Below, one piece after another: positions 60,828 to 64,000 of a stretch of DNA of 64,000 nt; position 1 is the stretch's first letter, and each line of letters begins with the position of its first letter. Origin of the DNA: Candidatus Cloacimonadales bacterium (lineage in GTDB: Bacteria > Cloacimonadota > Cloacimonadia > Cloacimonadales > JAFGVF01); contig OY762964.1 of NCBI GenBank assembly GCA_963667035.1, positions 1,504,001 through 1,568,000 on the forward strand. The letters are read 5' to 3'. Under the pieces are notes generated by a model. It saw only the letters and a program-made list of their open reading frames with translations, ran no database searches and was not told the DNA's origin. The position numbers and the translations under genes are program-made.

Positions 60828-60898
60828 TTAAAAGAAGCTCTTTATGTTGCACCTACATGCTATTTCGCTTTAGCATACCATTGTGATTTATGATCAAG

Positions 60899-60924
60899 AA
60901 AAGCCCGGACTGCTCCGGGCTTTT
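60899..60924 (-). terminator. intrinsic terminator
   Basis: AAAAGCCCGGA-CTGC-TCCGGGCTTTT. Confidence 0.8.
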
Positions 60925-60940
60925 AAATATATGTTTTAGG

Positions 60941-63900
60941 CTATTTGAGTAACAACATTTTCTTAGTAATTGATTTCTTAGAAGTCTCTAATCTATAGAA
61001 GTAAACTCCTGATCCTGTTTCTTTACCTAAACTATTTTTCCCATCCCACACTATTTCATGCCTTCCAACGGACATCTCCTGATTAACCAATGTAGCGACT
61101 TTCTGTCCCTTAATATTATAGACAGAAAGTTTTACCATAGTCTCTTTTGGAATTGAGAATGAGATTGTGGTTATTGGATTGAATGGGTTGGGATAGTTGT
61201 TACTTAGCTCAACCCACTTTGGAATAGCAAAACCATCATTAAAATCCTTATCAAAACTGACTAAATGGTAGTCAGTAGTGAATGGTTGTATTGGCTCATC
61301 TACAAACCATTCTGTATCTTCATTGTAAACGAAATAGTTATTCATGCTTTTACGATCTTTCTGTTGAGTGATCAATTCAAAATGGATTTGAGAGTTTGAT
61401 TTTGCAGATACAATATCTGTATATGCTAGTATTTGGGTTTTCCCTTCATCAACAAAAGATGACCCAACGCATGTATCACCAATATATGCACCGATCTCTA
61501 CTATATCGTCATCAATATCAATAATGTCAATCGCTTCATAATCATCTGTCTTTTTATATACAAATGTATCAGATTCTTTTACAATCACAGGACTTTTTGT
61601 TGGTACTTGAGTTCCTAAATTCCATCTAAAATCCTCAATTCGCTCTTTTACTCTCACTATATAACCTCTACCGAAATTTAGCGGTCTTATATTATGGCTT
61701 AATGGTATCGTTAGGTCATCTTTTTTTAGCGAGTTTTGGGGAGTATCCTTTTTATAATACCAAAGTTCTGATTTTATAGATGCTACTTTACTAAAATCAT
61801 TTCCAAAGGCTGCATCCATATCCTGACTATTTCTCCAATAACCAACCCAATTATCAACTCCTGGTTCTAAAGTGACGTCATGATGTTGAATTTCATAACC
61901 ATCGCTAAATTGAATACAGTATTGGTTATCATTTCTATTCATCTCCAATTTGTAGGATGATAATGGAGAGAAGGAAAAGCTCGGATTATCTAAAATCCAT
62001 TGATTGTTAATATAATTCAATCCTCCATCATCACTTTTGATAGACAGCCCGAAGGGATTAAGCAATTGGAAAATATACTCATTATCAGCTCCAACAAATA
62101 AGTATGGGAATGAAATCCAGTTCCAACCATTATGTAGTGCGGTAAAAGCTGAAATAGGAATCACTATTTCAGGATTATATATATCATTTGTATTTATAGT
62201 CAGTTCTCCAAAGTAATCTTTATACATTTTGTGGGGAGTGATCTTTACTTTGAAACAAAGACTATCACTTGGAGGAATAACACTTGGAAGTGAAATAATC
62301 TCTAAAACATTACTTAATTGAGCACTTACTGTATGTGAAGTAATCTGAAGATTATTTTGATCTGAATTATTCCGAATCCAGATTTTTCTAACATATCCTC
62401 CATCAGGTATGATGTTCCCAAAGCAGATTTCTGCATTTGAAGTTGATACTGCAGCTCCATCTTGAAAATACTCAACTGCTCCAACATCAATATTCCCGCC
62501 AAGAACTCGAAGGTTATTCAAGACATCTGTATAGGGGAAGGTTACCCCCATTTCATATGATGACTCAATATCTTCTACCGATGAGCCTGAGTTATAACAT
62601 GATGAATTAGTTGAAATTTGAAAACCATCAATTATATTAATTCCTCCTACAATAGAAGATATGGGGTTATAATCTACATTATTCCAGTTATGCCATACAC
62701 CTAAAGGATATTCATAACCCGTTACAATTCCGCCATTATTCCCGGTATCAAAAGCATTATGATTGAAAAATAATGCTGGAGTTATAGTGCAAGCTGTCTT
62801 AATAAGAAAATCTGTTGATCCACTAGTAATATTCGCAGTATTGTTACTAAAGATGTTATTTACAAAGTTGTAAGTTGAAGAAGGTAAATCCTGATAAAAA
62901 CACCCTCCCCAGTTAATTGAATTATTTTGGGTAAAAGTATTATTAACAAACAATATAGGCCCTCTGTTGTCTATATTTAATTCCCCATTTCTTCCATTAA
63001 TATAGAAAGCTCCACCGTTATACGAAAAATTATCAACAAACACATTTGATACAAACTCTTTTCGGAAAGTTAAATCACTTTCATAAAGATATACGGCACC
63101 TCCCGCACAGTTTGAATTTATCGCAGGGGATGTACTTTCGAATCCTGTCACCTTCCCATTCCCTTCAAAATAACAATTTACAACACTTAAATCAGCATGT
63201 TGGCACCATATAGCACCTCCCTCGACTGCATCATTATTAATAAACTCACAGTTGGCAAAATTTACTTGTACCCTTGCTTGATTAAGTTCATTATGGGAAT
63301 ATTCATGGCTATCAATATATACAGCTCCTCCTGAATAAGCAGTGTTATTTTCGAATCTGCACCTATTAAAATCAACATTTATCTCTGTTTCTGATGCAGC
63401 GTTTACAATTATTGCTCCCCCAGTATGAGATTCAGGTTCATCTTGTGTGTTTCCTTGAGTTTCGCAGGATAAAAAGTTACAATTATCAAATAAAACATTC
63501 TTCCCTGATTCATCAAAGCCCCAAATAGAGCCAATATAAACTGCAGTTTTCGCATCCGTAAAATTAACATTTCTGAATTCAGAGTCAGCTGAACTTTCGG
63601 ATTGAAGGAAGTTAATACCTTTCCAGCTATTACCATCAATCCCTGTAAAAGATACAGGATTATTTTCAGTACCAATAACTTTGATACGACCGAGCACAGC
63701 AATAGCACAAAACTGCTCAATAGATATATTTAAATCTTCATTTGGATTTAGAGATTGAATAATAAGCTGAGTATTCTCTGGTATGCTAATCTTCGAATGT
63801 GGCCTTCCATAAATATCTACACCTAAAAGTACATATAGATTTCCTAATGTTTCATGCCCAATAATATCGTCGGGGAAAGTCATATCTTGGGTGATATAGA

Positions 63901-64000
63901 AAGTTTGGTCGAATGAATTATCATCATATCGTGAAACAGTTTTCTTTAAGTAATTGTGGTATCTTTGCTTTGCTGCATTTTTATCATGTTCCGGATTATA
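60941..64000 (-). CDS. large secreted protein with beta-helix (GGAI/FxxN) repeats, an Ig-like domain and a C-terminal T9SS-like/FlgD sorting tail; 5' end lies outside the window
   Basis: The frame stays open upstream of 63883 to the window edge; F.NN.A..GGA repeats, IDVGAVEY and NYPNPFNP...WDGKN...SGVYFYRL...KKMLLLK. Confidence 0.8.
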   Translation of the reverse strand, partial: YNPEHDKNAAKQRYHNYLKKTVSRYDDNSFDQTFYITQDMTFPDDIIGHETLGNLYVLLGVDIYGRPHSKISIPENTQLIIQSLNPNEDLNISIEQFCAIAVLGRIKVIGTENNPVSFTGIDGNSWKGINFLQSESSADSEFRNVNFTDAKTAVYIGSIWGFDESGKNVLFDNCNFLSCETQGNTQDEPESHTGGAIIVNAASETEINVDFNRCRFENNTAYSGGAVYIDSHEYSHNELNQARVQVNFANCEFINNDAVEGGAIWCQHADLSVVNCYFEGNGKVTGFESTSPAINSNCAGGAVYLYESDLTFRKEFVSNVFVDNFSYNGGAFYINGRNGELNIDNRGPILFVNNTFTQNNSINWGGCFYQDLPSSTYNFVNNIFSNNTANITSGSTDFLIKTACTITPALFFNHNAFDTGNNGGIVTGYEYPLGVWHNWNNVDYNPISSIVGGINIIDGFQISTNSSCYNSGSSVEDIESSYEMGVTFPYTDVLNNLRVLGGNIDVGAVEYFQDGAAVSTSNAEICFGNIIPDGGYVRKIWIRNNSDQNNLQITSHTVSAQLSNVLEIISLPSVIPPSDSLCFKVKITPHKMYKDYFGELTINTNDIYNPEIVIPISAFTALHNGWNWISFPYLFVGADNEYIFQLLNPFGLSIKSDDGGLNYINNQWILDNPSFSFSPLSSYKLEMNRNDNQYCIQFSDGYEIQHHDVTLEPGVDNWVGYWRNSQDMDAAFGNDFSKVASIKSELWYYKKDTPQNSLKKDDLTIPLSHNIRPLNFGRGYIVRVKERIEDFRWNLGTQVPTKSPVIVKESDTFVYKKTDDYEAIDIIDIDDDIVEIGAYIGDTCVGSSFVDEGKTQILAYTDIVSAKSNSQIHFELITQQKDRKSMNNYFVYNEDTEWFVDEPIQPFTTDYHLVSFDKDFNDGFAIPKWVELSNNYPNPFNPITTISFSIPKETMVKLSVYNIKGQKVATLVNQEMSVGRHEIVWDGKNSLGKETGSGVYFYRLETSKKSITKKMLLLK

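Noticed and set aside
60680..60886. 68-aa ORF spanning the IS end
   Set aside because: It crosses the inverted repeat and target duplication, so it is unlikely to be a real gene.

Overview
AT-rich bacterial chromosome segment. It is most consistent with Candidatus Cloacimonadota or a related FCB-group anaerobe; this is an inference from the NYPNPFNP...KKMLLLK secretion tails, the propionate-pathway genes and the [FeFe]-hydrogenase-like regulatory genes. Most of the window is housekeeping or metabolic: glyA, rpiB, ptb, gltX, holB, pgeF, meaB, tpiA, serS, radA, nusB, manA, corA, an aroB-like gene, a carboxyltransferase cluster, SRP RNA, two tRNA-Val and one tRNA-Pro. It also holds a surface-glycan/PorZ-like operon and a DRTGG/kinase/[FeFe]-like/PHP cluster. 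Mobile or accessory parts are a REP-associated tyrosine transposase with its REP hairpins, an IS4-type element with a 10-bp target duplication, a decayed secreted-protein pseudogene and an NLR-like STAND-TPR gene. Three observations stand out. (1) At least five intergenic elements share one architecture but not one sequence: short cores repeated at ~11-bp period, then their reverse complements at ~11-bp period. (2) The STAND-TPR gene is split exactly at an in-phase A-AAA-AAG -1 slippery site. (3) A glutamate dehydrogenase has its catalytic Lys replaced by Tyr and is co-transcribed with PEP-synthase-like ATP-grasp genes. All calls are from motif reading only; no database searches were run.
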